Shown here: one piece after another, positions 33,116-57,585 of the stretch | Position numbering within the stretch: position 1 is the stretch's first letter | Layout: each line of letters opens with the position of its first letter | Assembly: GCF_009914755.1 (NCBI RefSeq) | Contig: NC_060944.1 | Direction: 5' to 3' (one strand) | Length of the DNA stretch: 64,000 bases | Origin: the human T2T-CHM13v2.0 reference genome, Homo sapiens | Program-made: the position numbers and the translations under genes | Notes under the pieces: generated by a model | Told to the model about the DNA's origin: nothing | Seen by the model: only the letters and a program-made list of their open reading frames with translations | Database searches by the model: none

Positions 33116-35319
33116 ATAAAGAAAATGGCATAATGAGAGAGAAAAACATTTATTTTACGGGTCACATTTTCAGACCAAAACCCAGTAACATCAGAAACCA
33201 AAAGCCAAAATATAGTTTCACAAATTGTAATACAGGCACACCTTGTTTGATTGTCCTTAGTTTTATTGTGCTTTGCGGGCGCTGAGTTGTTTTTTTTTTT
33301 TTTTTTACAAATTGAAGTTTGTGGCAACCCCGCATCAAACAAGTCTTACGGGCACCATTTTTCCAACAGTGGGGGCTCACTTGGGGTCTCTGTGTCATAT
33401 TCTGGTAATTCTCACATTTCAAGCTTTTTATTATTATTATATCTGTTATGGTGATCTGTGATTGGTGATCTTTGGTATTACTGTTGTAATTGCTCCAGGC
33501 TGCCATGAACCATGTCCATATAAGACGACGAAATTAACTGATAAATGTAGTGTGTGTTCTGACTGCTCCACAGAACAGCCGTTCCCCATCTCTCTCCCTC
33601 TATTTGAGCTTCCCTATTCCCTGAGACCCAACAATGTTGAAATTAGGCCAATTAATAACCCTACAATGGCCTCTAAGTGTTCAAGTGAAAGAAAGAGTCC
33701 CACGTCTCTCACTTTAAATCAAAAGCTAGACAAGGTTAAGCTCGGTGAGGAAGGCATGTTGAAAGCCAAGACAGGCTGAAAGCTGGGCCTTTTGCACCAG
33801 TTAGCCAAGTTGTGAATGCAAAGGAAAAGTTCTGCAAAGAAATTAAAAGTGCTATTCCAGTGAACAAATGAATGATAAGAAAGTGAAACAGCCTTATTGC
33901 TGATGTGAAGAACGTTTGAGTGGTCTGAATAGATCAAACCAGCCACGACATTGTCTTCAGCCAAAGCCTAATCCAGAGCAAGGACCTAACTCCTTCAATT
34001 CTATGGAGACTGAGAGAAGTGAGGAAGCTGCAGAAGAAAATTGGAAGCTAGCAGAAGTTGGTTCAGGAGGTTTAAAGAAAGAAGCCATCTCCACATCGTA
34101 AAAGTGCAAAGTGAAGCAGCAGGTGCTGATGTAGAAGCTGCAGCAAGTTACCCAGAAGATCCAGCTAAGATCGTTGATGAAGGAGGCTACACTAAACAAT
34201 AGATTTTTGTTTATAAAAATAGTAGATAAAACCGTCTCCTACTGGAAGAAGATACCATCTAGGATGTTCATAGCTAGAGGGGAGAAGTCAATGTCTGGCT
34301 TCAAAGCTTCAAAGGATAGGCTGACTTTCTTGTTAGGGGCTAATGTAGCTGGTAACTTGAAGTTGAAGCCAGTGCTCATTTACCATTCCAAAAATCCTAA
34401 GGCCCTTAAGAATGAGGCTAAATCTACTGTCTAGGCTCTAAAAATGGAACCATGAAGGCTGGATGACAGCACCTCTGTTTACGGCATGGTTTACTGAATA
34501 TTTAAAGCCCCATGTTGAGACCTACTGCTCAGAAAATAGGTTCCTTCCACAATATTACTGCTTATTGACAATACATCTGGTCACCCAAGAGCTCTGATGG
34601 AGATGTACAAGGAGACGAATGTTGTTTTCATGCCTGCTAACATAACCTCCATTCTGTAGCCCATGGATGAGGGGGTAATTTTGACCTTGAAGTCTTATTA
34701 TTGAAGTAATACATTTTGTAAGACTATAGCGGTGATAGTGATTCCTCTGATGCATCTGGGCAAAGTAAATTGGAAACCTTCTAAAAAGGATTCAATATTC
34801 ATTTATTTTTTTCACCAGAACATCAAGGTGAGGGATTCACCATTCTAAATGCCATGAAGATCATTCATGATTCTTGGGGGGAGGTCAAAATATCAACCTT
34901 AGCAGGAGTTTGTAAGAAGTTGATTCCAACCATCATAAATGAACTTGAGGGGGTTCAAGACCTCAGTGGAGGAAGTAACTGCAGAGATGGTAGAGATTGC
35001 AAGAGAACTAGAATTAGAAGTGGAACCTGAAGATGTGGCTGAATTGCTGCAATCTTATGAGAGAACTTGAATGGATGAGGAATTTCTTCTTATGGCTGAG
35101 CAAAGGAAGTGGTTCCTTGAGATAGAATCGACTCCTGGTAAAGATGTTCTGAACATTGTGAAAATGACAACAAACAACTTAAAATATTACATAGCCTTAG
35201 TTGATTAGGCAGTGTCAGGTTTTGAGAGGATTGAATCCAATTTTGAAAGCAGTCTTACTGTGAGTAGAATGATGTCCAACAGCATTGGATGCTGCAGAGA
35301 AATCTTTCATGAAAAGATT

Positions 35320-39100
<3,781 letters not shown>

Positions 39101-39619
39101 AAAAGTACAGTAAAAGTATGGTATAAAAGATAAAAATATGGTGCACCTGTTTAGGACACTTATCATGAATGGAGCTTGCAGGACTGGAAGTTGCTCTGGG
39201 TGAGTCAGTGGGTGAGTGGTGAGTGAATGTGAAGGCCTAGGTCATGACTGTGTACTACTGCAGACCTTATAAACACTGTACACTTAGACTACTCTAAATT
39301 TATTAAAAAAGTCTTTCTTCAGTAGTAAATTAAGTATAGCTTATTGTAACTGTTTTACTTTATACATGTATTAATTATATTTTGACTTATCAAAATCTTT
39401 TGTAATAACACTCAGCTTAAAACACAAGCATTGTACAACTGTACAAAAATATTCTTTCTTTATATCCTTATTCTATAAGCCTTTTCTATTTTATTTTTTT
39501 CTTTTACTTTTTCAACTTAAAAAAAAAACAAACTAAGACACAAACATGCGCATTAGCCTCAGCCTATGCAGGGTCAGGATCATCAAGATATCAGTAGGCA
39601 ATAGAAATGTTTCAGCTCC

Positions 39620-40177
39620 TCAGAGATCTAGAACTAGAAATACCATTTGACCCAGCCATCCCATGCTGGGTATATACCCAAAGGGCTATAAATCATGCTG
39701 CTATAAAGACACATGCACACATATGTTTATTGCGGCACTATTCATAATAGCAAAGACTTGGAACCAATCCAAATGTCCAACAATGATAGACTGGATTAAG
39801 AAAATGTGGCACATATACACCATGGAATACTATGCAGCCATAAAAAATGATGAGTTCATGTCCTTTGTAGGGACATGGATGAAATTGGAAATCATCATTC
39901 TCAGTAAACTATCGCAAGGACAAAAAACCAAACACCGCATGTTCTCACTCATAGGTGGGAATTGAACAATGAGAACACATGGACACAGGAAGGGGAACAT
40001 CACACTCTGGGGACTGTTGTGGGGTGGGGGGAGGGGAGAGGGATAGCATTAGGAGATATACCTAATGCTAAATGACGAGTTAATGGGCGCAGCACACCAG
40101 CATGGCACGTGTATACATATGTAACTAACCTGCACATTGTGCACATGTACCCTAAAACTTAAAGTATAATAAAAAAA
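39620..40177 (+). mobile_element. 5'-truncated young L1PA (ORF2 C-terminus, 3'UTR, poly(A))
   Basis: ORF 39663..39965 (KDTCTHMFIAALF...WIKKMWHIYTMEYY); perfect 17-bp TSD agaaatgtttcagctcc at 39603-39619 and 40178-40194. Confidence 0.95.
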
Positions 40178-40650
40178 AGAAATGTTTCAGCTCCATTATT
40201 CTTATGAGATCACCATTGTAACATGCAGTCTGTTGTTGACCAAAATGCTCTTATGTAGCACATGAACTAGAGTTGCAAAACTTCCAGATAAGATATTAGA
40301 AAACGAAATCCAGCAGTGTTTTGGAAGAATAATTCAACATGACCAAGAGGATTTCTTCCAGGAATGCAAGGTGACTTAACATACCAGGCTATATGCTACA
40401 CAAATTCACTGTGTCAACATATTTAAGTGCAAAACCCAAATACTTACGGCTAACAATTTTAAGAAGATATTTGATAAAATTCAGCAAGCTACCCTGATAA
40501 GTAAAACTGCATCAGTATTTTATATGAACTTATCAAAAGAATGACTATGAAAATATTAAGTCTTCCACTCAAAAACCCTTATTTAACTCCATTGTAAACA
40601 TTATTCAGTCAAATTATGTAGTCTATTTTCATTATATAAGGTCTGTGTTT

Positions 40651-43660
<3,010 letters not shown>

Positions 43661-44723
43661 ACTGATAGGAAGTCCATCAAAATGGTTACAATCTGTATAG
43701 TTTATATCTGGACAGTAAGATTATTAGTAACTTCTATTTTTTTCCTAGTAATATTCTGTTTTTCATATTTTCTATCTTGAATACACATTATAATCAGGAA
43801 AAAATCCTTTATGGTTGAAAAAAGTGGGAAAAGAGAAAGACATAGGAAATAGGACCATGACAATGGAAGTTTCCCAGCTGAAATTCAAAAGCAGAACAGT
43901 TTTTCTAAAGGGCTGTAAGCAATAAGTTTAAAGTGACAAAATTATTTAAATCACTAACATTGTACACTGCAAGCCTTTTCTGTTTCTTACCAAAAACATA
44001 GTTAATAACTCACTATTATCATTGATGATAGGAAAATAAAGAAATTATGGCAAATATAGCAAGTCATCAAAATTGTGTCCAACTATTACAGATCAAAGAA
44101 AGAAGAATAAAAGTGGTAGAAATGTATCTAAGTATTCTCATAATATTCTAAATATGCTTCTGTCCCAAGAGTAACCTCCCCTCCTCACCAATCCTTGCTG
44201 ACAGCAGAAATGAGTGCTATTACAACCTTACAGAATGGCTTAAGGTACAAATATGGATGATTCTAGCTTGCTCTCTGGCACCACCTACTGATCAAACAGC
44301 ATTTCAATGTAAAACAACACAATCTGAATTTTCCTCTTCTCAATACAACCTATGCTTTGGAAAAAATCTAGGTACTCTCTCAGTCCACTCATCTGGATTC
44401 TGCACAGATATTAACATCTCAAAAATGGTATTCTAGAAAATTCTGTCTTGTTAGTAGGAACTTTGATCATTTTTGTGTCTAAACAGAAATGCCAGGATTG
44501 TCAGTCTGAAGTTTCAAAATGAAAACAACAGTGGGATGGATCACTTTATCACTTTAGGTACCACATCTATTTAATGTGACTGTGGAGGAGGTAAGATGAT
44601 TGTGTGACGTTTATGAAAGGACTAAAAACCTTTGCTGCTTCAGTTTGTTTTTGATTAATGACTCACGCCCCATCATTCCCAAATCCCACCTTGGCTCTAA
44701 AGAATCATTAACATTCAGTATAT

Positions 44724-44745
44724 TTTAATCAGATATCAATTTATT
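44724..44745 (-). terminator. Distal polyadenylation signal pair (AATAAA then ATTAAA)
   Basis: Plus-strand tttatt at 44740-44745 and tttaat at 44724-44729. Confidence 0.6.
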
Positions 44746-45149
44746 ATGGAACCATTCATTTTCTGCTCATTAGCACTAAACATTTTTTTTTGGGTCAAGT
44801 ATCCATGTCATATTATGTAGAAAATGGTCCTTCATGCCAACAGACTTACATGTATAAAACATGAACACCCCCAAACTCTGGGGAGTATTCCAGAATGGGG
44901 CAAAAGAGAGGCTGGGAAGTACCATTTACTACACAAATGTAATAAGATGGACAGAAACCTTTATTAGAGTTGGAAAATCAAGTTGGAAACAAACACATGA
45001 ATTCACTACTTAATGCATTTAATTCCAACCCCTCATTGGAATCATCTTGGTAACATTTAAGATTCTACAACAGTTATAATGCGACGATTCAGAGGTGGTC
45101 TCAAAGTTGTTACAGTGTTAAAAAAATTATAGTAAGCAGTATAAAATTA

Positions 45150-45503
<354 letters not shown>

Positions 45504-45586
45504 TTAAGAGCAAACCTTTTAGAGAATTCTACTTAAGATTTCTTTTTCTCAATTCCTTTCCCCCACTCCTTTTGTTTTTTTAAGCA

Positions 45587-46869
45587 CTAATCTGGAATGG
45601 AGTCGGCGGGACAGAGCAAAGCTGGATGGGCTGCCCCTTGAATGATGGAGTAGGTCTGCTTGGGTAGTTCTTGCTGGGAAGAGGAGGAGAAGACCGGTGG
45701 CGCTGTGGTGGCCACTGCGATGTTCTGGCCTCCATCGCTCACCACTGTCACTTCTGCTGTCCCCTCCTGAATCAAGGCGTTTAGGCCTTCAAAGTCAGTG
45801 CAAGTAATACCCGAACTGGTAATGAAAGTTTGATTGCCAGAGCCTTCCTGGGGGCCACCTGAGGCCGTGGGGATGAGAGTCTGGTGCAGAGTGGCTCCGT
45901 CCGTCTGCTCGTGGGTGGTCAGCAGGACAGCCGGCTGGGTCATTGCGCCCGCCTCGCTCGGACACCGCGAGGACTGAGGGGGGGCGATCAGACTGACCTG
46001 GCGCAGGATCTGCAGCCGGCTGTTCCCTGGGAGTTCCTCTGGGTTCTGGGCCACCAAGGCAGGCGGGACGATGTTCACTGCAGCGGCGGCAGCCTGGACG
46101 ATGGTGTTCGCCTGGGGCACCTGATGCCCAACGATGATTTTGACTCTTCCCTCGCTGAACTGGGGCACTTGGCTGGGCTGGAGGGGCACCTGGAGGTGTC
46201 CCACAGTGAGGGGCGTGGCGGGCTGCTTGCTGGGGTCGATCTGAAACTGGAGAACGGTCACGTCCGAGTTCTTACTCTCACTGTACTCACTGTGCTGTCT
46301 CTTGTGGCTGCGGAGCGAGTCCTCCCGCATGAAGGAGGCATCGCATATATCGCAGTGGAAACTCTTCTTGGCATCCAGCTTGGCCACCTGCCGGCTGCTC
46401 TGCCTGCCGGTGTCCTTCCTCTCTAGAGCCTCAGTCTTAACCATGTCCCCATGGAACTTCTTCATGTGCTTGCTCAGGTTGCTGGGCTGTTTGGTGTCGA
46501 AGCTGCAGTAGTTGCACTTGAAAGGGCGGTCGGTGCAGTGGATACGCTCGTGGATGCGCAGGGCGGCCTTGCTGGAGCAGGAGTAGCTGCATTCCGAGCA
46601 CTTCTCAGGATGCTCCGACTGGTGCACGCGGCTGTGCTTCCGGAGGGTGGCTTTGCTGTCACCCAGGAAGTCGCAATGAGGACACTTGAAGTTATTCCCG
46701 CTGTGCTTGATACGGATGTGCGACTTGAGGTTCCCCTTCATGGTGCAGCGGACATTGCAGAACTCGCACTTGAAAGGCTTCTCCCCCGAGTGCACCCGCA
46801 TGTGCCTTTTCAAGTCCGAGCTGATTTTGAACTTGGCGCTACAGAGCCAGCACTGGAAGGGGGCGTCCC
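45587..46869 (-). CDS. ZFP64: ZFP64 proximal terminal coding exon: six C2H2 fingers plus Q/P/T/A-rich C-terminal region
   Basis: ORF 45587..46960 contains C-x2-C...H-x3/4-H fingers (CWLC, CEFC, CPHC, CSEC, CNYC, CDIC) and ends ...CPADSIPD. Acceptor ttgacag|GGGAC (AG at 46870-46871) and stop TAG at 45587-45589. Length 1283 nt = 2 + 427 codons, which fits a phase-1 join to the upstream exon. Confidence 0.96.
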
Positions 46870-48159
46870 CTGTCAACACAAGGTGAGTTTCGATAAGAAC
46901 AGGCAGGCAACAACCACAGCGGATCCCCCCGAAGCACACACCAGAAAATCGCTTATACAAGGTGGGTGGGTGCAGACCTCCTAACTGCAGCTTCTAGCAG
47001 CCCCTGGCAGTGGGGGAAGAGGGGCAGGGCGTCTTTATCTTTCCCCGGAACCCAAACCACCACCACCGGTATCAAACCCAGAAGAAAAATGGGAGATCGA
47101 AAAGAGCAATTTAATTGTCCCAGATAAAATAAGATTTACAAGTATACTTGTTATATTCTTTAAAACACTCAAACTATCTTTCATACAGTTAATTTGCCCA
47201 CTCTGCTAGTTAATGGTTCACAGTTGAAGACTTTTGCACAACCCGTTGATTTTGATTGAGTTACATGTTGTAACAGATTCAACAATATATTTTCGAATGG
47301 GTCAGCTCCGTGCTGCACTCATTGGAGTATGGTTTTACAATGACTGAAACACCCAGCTTATATTTCATGCAGATCTTTATTAATAAAGATGTGTTTCTTG
47401 CACAAAATTTATTTATCCCATATTGCCAGCTGCGTTCTTTACTTGTGAAGTTACAAAATCCAGCTGCTTGATTTTTTTTAAAAAAAATTCATATTCGCTG
47501 AAAGATGAGCAAGGCAAGTGAAATTGCAAACATCTGATTGGATACCATATTCCAAATTTACTTCCTCAATGAATGCCAAGTCCAAATTATCTGAGGCAAT
47601 GACAATTCAAGCAAATTGGCGACCCCTCATCTCAACATTGTTTAAGTAAGCAAAATAGCAGCTAATATTCTTCGATGGCTTCCGGGATGGCAGGCGCTAT
47701 GCTGAGCACTCCACAAGCATGGTCTCGCTTGATGCTGGGAAGATTGCCCTGTGGTGGGTGCTATTATTAATATTGTTTTTTAACACAGTTACACAGAGGA
47801 GAAGGCTGAGACCCAGACAGACTACATAACTTGTTCTTGGTCGCCCCGTAGTACAAAGAAGGGCTTGGATTCCAATCCAGGCTGACTCCACAACTGGTAT
47901 CTTTAGATGCTAGGTAATTATCTGTGCATATAACTGATGTTTGCTTTCTTAGGTCATAAACCCACAAGACTGGGATGGTGTTCCAGCTTTTTGACATAGG
48001 ATCTGCTACTTCACCATGAGCTGCTTAATGAATGCAAACAAAGATGGCAGGAGGCAATTGAACAAGCTTCTAGAACACTGAGAGGCCTAAACCTAAACTT
48101 GAAAAAAATGCTTTGTATGACTGAATACCACCAAGATCATGCATACTAAACTCTAGAAC

Positions 48160-48362
48160 AAGGAAGAGTAAGCTACAGCCTATGGGCTAGATCCTGCCCA
48201 CAGCCTGTTTCTATAAATAAAGTTTTACTGAAACACAACCATGCATATTTGTTTACATATGGTTACTTGCCTGCCATAATGGTAGGGGTGAGTATTTGTG
48301 ATAGATACTGCATGGCCCACAAAACCTAAAATATTTACTATCTGGCCCTTTTCAGAAAAAGG
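48160..48362. mobile_element. MER58A-like hAT MITE
   Basis: aaataaagttttactgaaacacaacc...atggcccacaaaacctaaaatatttactatctggcccttt. Confidence 0.75.
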
Positions 48363-48384
48363 GCCGTTTGCTGCCTGAGAATGT

Positions 48385-48855
48385 TGTTCTTAACCTTTTT
48401 TATGCCATTACCCCTTTTTGGCAGTTTAGTGAAGTCCATGGAACCCTTCTTAGATAATGTTTTAAATGTACCAAATAAACTAAAATAAAAACCAATAGGA
48501 ATATAAAAGAAACTAATTATATTAAAATAGTTATTACAGAGAAAAAATTGTGATATGCCAATGTGTGTGTTTCATTAATGAATTCAAGAATCAGACCTAG
48601 CGGCAGCTCTAGTAACTACAGTCATTTCTAAATAAAGAAGAGTGTAAAAGATATTTGCTCCATCTGCAGCAATCATTATGAAGAGATTTTTGATTTCCGC
48701 TGGCGACAACTTTACATGCACTGTTATCAGATTGGTTGCCTGTTTTCATAATTGAAGGACGTGTCAAATTTTAATACAGGCTAGTGAAAATGAAGACGTC
48801 TTTGTTTTCCCCACCCCCATTCAAGGACCTCCTTCCCAAATCTACTCATGGATTT
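48385..48855. mobile_element. hAT-Charlie derivative (MER20B-like)
   Basis: ttcttaacctttttt..gcc...ccctttttggcagtttagtgaagtccatggaacccttc. Confidence 0.5.
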
Positions 48856-49626
48856 CTCAGGGGCAGACGTCTGTAGACTCAAAGTCAGAATCCTTGCTCC
48901 AGAATGTTTTACTAGGTTTTCCAGTTATATCCCTGTCAAAATTATAGTGACAGTCTTTTTTCACTTTTTTTAAGCAATCTGCAGAGGTGAGACCCAGAAA
49001 ATCCAGAAAACCAAATCTCGCAGCTAAGTTGCAGAGCTTAACAACGTTTTTTGGCATGAAAGCAAAGGTTTTAAATTCCTTTGTCTTTTTTTTTTTAATT
49101 TAACCATAAACATTTCTTTAATGAAGTATCCTGGTCAAATAGTCCCACTGGACACTAAGGTCTTCAAAGCTAATGACTATGTTCATTCTTGCCTACTACC
49201 TGATTCCCACTGTGTCTGGCACATAGCGAGGTTTAAAGAATGTTGGATGAATGAGCGACATATATTTAAGCTGACAGGTCCTCCTTGAGTTTGGGTTGCT
49301 ACTAAAACAAGTGTTGATGTAGTCTATCCAATTGCCGAAAGGGTAAAAACAAAATCCTATTAATTTACAGTTTTACCAGTGCCACAGATTTATAAAAGGG
49401 AAAATGAACATTCCACGAAGACCATGCATAAATGGCACACACTGAAATTTTTGAAAAACACACCTTTTCTAGACCAATTTTAAAGATGCTGCTATAAATA
49501 GTAACTTCATCCTTATCAATCAAAATGAACCATTTTCATAAATGAATTTTTCAGCTTCTCTAACTTAGGCTGGGGGAAATTTCTGAAGCAAATCAGTTGG
49601 GCGTCGATTATGCCAATGTCTGAACT

Positions 49627-52685
<3,059 letters not shown>

Positions 52686-53282
52686 CCGAAAGAAAAAAGT
52701 ATGTAATTTATTGAGTTACCTACTCTGCTAATTTTGCTGTATGTTTTTTGGTCAAGCTGTTCCATGCTGAACTAGAGTATGCTTCAAAAATGATTGGAAT
52801 GCCTAACCATAATGCAGAATTTATCAAAGATACATGGCTTATACGTGTATTTCATTTCATGCATCTCCTCAATTACACACTTTACAACTGAATAAGTTAC
52901 AAAGTTATAGAAAGAGATATACATATGTATAAAGTTATAAACTTCATGATTTTCCCCTATTTTACTGAGAAAGGCTCTTCAAGGCAGCTGAAAAGCAAAA
53001 CTGCAAATGGGCCAGGCACGGTGGCTCACGCCTGTAATCCCAGCACTTTGGGAGGCTGAGGTGGGCAGACCACTTGAGGTCAGGAGTTCAAGACCAGCCT
53101 GACCAATATGGCAAAACCCCACCTCTACTAAAATTAGAAAAAGTTAGCTGGGTGTGGTACAACATACCTGTAATCCCAGCACTTTGGGAGGCTGAGGTGG
53201 ACAGACCACTTGAGGTCAATAGTTCAAGACCAGCCTGACCAATATGGCAAAACCCCATCTCTACTAAAAATACAAAAAATTA

Positions 53283-53495
<213 letters not shown>

Positions 53496-53563
53496 TTAAG
53501 GTGCTTATGATTTATGCCATAGAAAGTGAGGAGCGTAGAGAGCAAATAACAGGCAGGACTCAC

Positions 53564-53815
53564 CCGTGTGGGATCGCAGGTGGACAGTGAGCTGGCTGGA
53601 GTTGCGGCTGGCGTAGGGGCAGATCTGGCATTTGAAGGGCCGCTCGTCCGAGTGGATCCTCAGGTGCTTGTTGAGGCTGCTGCTGTCGGCAGCGGCGTAG
53701 TCACACGTCTTACACTTGTAGGGCTTCACGCCCGTGTGGCACCGCATGTGAGTTTTCAGCTTGTCTTTCCGGCTAAAGCACTTGCCACAGACTTCACACT
53801 TATGGGGTTTGTCTC
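53564..53815 (-). CDS. ZFP64: ZFP64 internal coding exon, three C2H2 fingers (DKPHKCEVC...VHLRSHT)
   Basis: ORF 53505..53831; acceptor tttgaag|GAGAC and donor CACACGG|gtgag; 252 nt = 3 x 28 codons, phase 1-1. Confidence 0.96.
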
Positions 53816-54139
53816 CTTCAAACACATACACACACAGATGGCAGCAGGAAACAAGATTAAAAAAGGAAAAGGCTTATTTCCCACTGCCTTACGAAAAAAG
53901 TCATATACAACCACCGAAGAATATTCCAAAAACCCTAAAACACTGGGTGGATGATTGGCAAAGAGCTAACATCTTGGGAGAGGGGAAGTTTCTTCCATGT
54001 TCCTTATTGGTATTACTTGAATTTTTAAAATGATGAATATGAATTTCTTATAAATTTTTTATAAATTAAAAATAGAAGGCAATTAAAATTTTAAAGTATA
54101 GGTACGTAAAATAGTAACAGTTTTGTTAATTTTCCCTTG

Positions 54140-54685
54140 TATTCACTCTCTCCTTTTTCCTTTTCACAACAGAGATGCACCGTAAAATTTAGAATACCTA
54201 AGTTTCAGCAGAGTTCATGGCTCACCAGGGAAAGATTACACTTCTCAGCCTCGCCTGCAGCTAGCTGTGATCTGTGACTAAGTTCCTATCAAAGCGATGG
54301 CAGAGAAAGTAAAGTGTGTCTCTTTCACAAGAGGAAACGGCTTGCCTTTTACATTTTCTCTTTTCCTGCTTCTAGCCAAGGCATGGGGATAAGGCAGCAG
54401 GTGAGGGCAGGTGAGTGAGTCGGTGAGCGCAGGTGAGTGAGCAGGTGAGGGCAGGTGAGTGAGCAGCTGAGGGTGGCATACCTGCAGATGGTGGAGTCAT
54501 GTAATAGAATGAGGTGGGAGGAACTTAAGTGCCTGGCTGGTCCCTAGGACAGAGCTGCCCACCTGTCCTAGCCTGCCTGCTCACCTCCGGACAGTTACAC
54601 GGGACAGATACAAATCCCTATCTTGTTTGAGCTGGTGTTTCAGTTTCATTCTTACAGCAGCTTAATCTGAACCTCACTAATGCTA
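54140..54685 (+). mobile_element. Old ERVL LTR (LTR16/LTR33-like)
   Basis: attacacttctcagcctc.cctgcagctagctgtgatctgtgactaagttc motif. Confidence 0.55.
54397..54472. repeat. Short tandem array of gcaggtgag(tga/g) units
   Basis: Five CAGGTGAG, one CGGTGAG and one CAGCTGAG within 76 nt. Confidence 0.85.
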
Positions 54686-55449
54686 TGTCAACTTGACATC
54701 TGTGAACTACTGCTAACTTTTTGATGTATATTTTTCCAATCTCTGTGTGTGTATGTTTTTGGTACATAAAAATTCCTGGCTAACATCAATTTAAATACTT
54801 CCTTTTTGAATGGCACTGTGCCTTTGAATTACTTTAGTTAATCCTTGCAACAGCTGGAATTAGAACCCAGGACCGTCTTGTGATTGCTTTCTTTTTTTTT
54901 TTTTTTTTTTTTGCCAAATACTGCACTGCCTCCCTATTGACTACTTTCTTGCATGTACGGTAATTTCGATCACCTGTTTCATATCATTACATACCCACAA
55001 CGCGGTTGTTAAGGCTGAAATATTTCACTGTATGGATGTGCATAAATTACTGAACCCATTCCTTACTTGGCCATGAAAAAGAGTAAGTCGATATGACATA
55101 CTGATGTGAAATGATGTGCAATAGTAAATGAAAAGAAGCAAGTTGCACTGATAGCGTGTATCATATTAACTTAGTAAGACATGGAAAAATTAAATGTGTG
55201 TGTTTTTAGACCTGGTCTAGGCATGCAAATATTTCAGAATGAGACATAGAGGTCTATTAGGAGAGCTGACTTTTGGTCATGGAAGGAGGTGGCTGTGAAT
55301 CAGGATTTTCTTTTTTTTACTTTATATATCAAATATGTATTTTCACCAAATCGTAACTAGCCAAGTGCTAAAATAGCCAAAGCTGATCACTGTCGTCATA
55401 AATAAATATTTGGGATTTAAGAATACATCTAAAAGTTTATTAAAGATCA

Positions 55450-55704
<255 letters not shown>

Positions 55705-55901
55705 CTACAGCCTGGGTGACAGAGTGAGACTCCATCTCAAAAGGAAAAAAAAAAATTAGCATTTTTATTATTAAACATTTTAGTAGGCTGGGCGCGGTAG
55801 CTCACATCTGTAATCCCAGCACTTTGGGAGGCCGAGGCGGGCGGATCATGAGGTCAGGAGATCAAGACCATCGTGGCTAACACAGTGAAATCCTGTCTCT
55901 A

Positions 55902-56144
<243 letters not shown>

Positions 56145-56691
56145 TTACCAGCATTGTCAGTGGCTCAGTAGTTCCTGCGGTCACTACACTGTGTATTTGC
56201 AACACTGGGCAAATGCTGGATGTTGGCAGAGCTCAGTGGTTTTTGGCCAGCTCTGCTGGTAAAGAGCCCTGTTGCTGTGGTTCCCCCAAACCCCAACTCC
56301 AGGGGTAATTAAGCATACCCCCACTCTCTGAAGGTAACTAAGGTGAGGATACATTTAAACTTGAAAATGTAGACAGAGACCGCAGAAACTATCCTCCAAA
56401 CACAAGGTAGGCTAACTGTAGAAGATATTTTCTGCGGATTTGCAGAAATAGACAAAGCTGTGGCCCTCACTTGTACTTTTACAACGCTTTCTCTATCATC
56501 ATTAATAATTATAGTACTCAGCCAGATGCGGTAGCCCACGCTTGTAATCCCAGCACTTTGGGAGGCCAAGGTGGGTGGATCACCCAACGTCGGGAGTTCG
56601 AGACTAGCCTGACCAACATGGAGAAACCTCGTCTCTACTAAAAATACAAAAATTAGCCGGGTGTGTTGGTGCATGCCTGTAATCCCAGCTA

Positions 56692-56832
<141 letters not shown>

Positions 56833-57405
56833 TTATAGTACTTTATTCTTTCAATAATAAATATGCTATGGCTTGATGGATGAAACTTCAATATATGAAA
56901 CCCACATGGAGAGTTTAATTGCTTATTACACTAGAACGCTTACCAATCAATACTTGAAACTTAATATTTGGATAATTAGAACAAATCCAGATAGCATGAC
57001 ACTGTGAGGCTGATTAGATATGATGGTGACCCCAGTGCAATAAGGCACTTATTGGTTATGGCCAAGGAATGTAAGAAATAACTGTTGGTTACTCATCTTC
57101 CAAAGGCTGAGGCTAAATAGCAGGCTTTGGGCAATTAGCGAAGCCAAAGCCAAAACTCCCTGCATCTTATACACATTTATACTTTTAAAATTTAAATCTG
57201 TACTATTTGAATACAAGCATATAACACTTGTTAAAAAAAAGTCTGAAGGCAATTCCTTTTCCATGCAGAAAATCTGGGAAACATAAAAATAATATATTAA
57301 AGAAAAATAAAATCACCAGAAATCATCACTTTTTTCTTTTCCCATGCATTGATCTTTCTCTCTTCTTTTAAAACAAGTATTTATTAAATTCTCCTTTCTA
57401 AATTA

Positions 57406-57585
<180 letters not shown>

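Noticed and set aside
39620-40177. Possible human-specific polymorphic L1HS-Ta insertion
   Set aside because: The 3'UTR reads gcattaggagatata (GAG, not the Ta ACA diagnostic) and the tail is short, consistent with an older fixed L1PA.
46870-46960. N-terminal extension of the 457-aa ORF (MYKRFSGVCF...)
   Set aside because: It lies upstream of the splice acceptor and is intronic read-through of the frame.
45884-46984. Long plus-strand ORFs (180 aa and 177 aa) opposite the ZFP64 terminal exon
   Set aside because: Typical antisense shadows of a GC-rich coding exon; no recognisable domain or promoter evidence.
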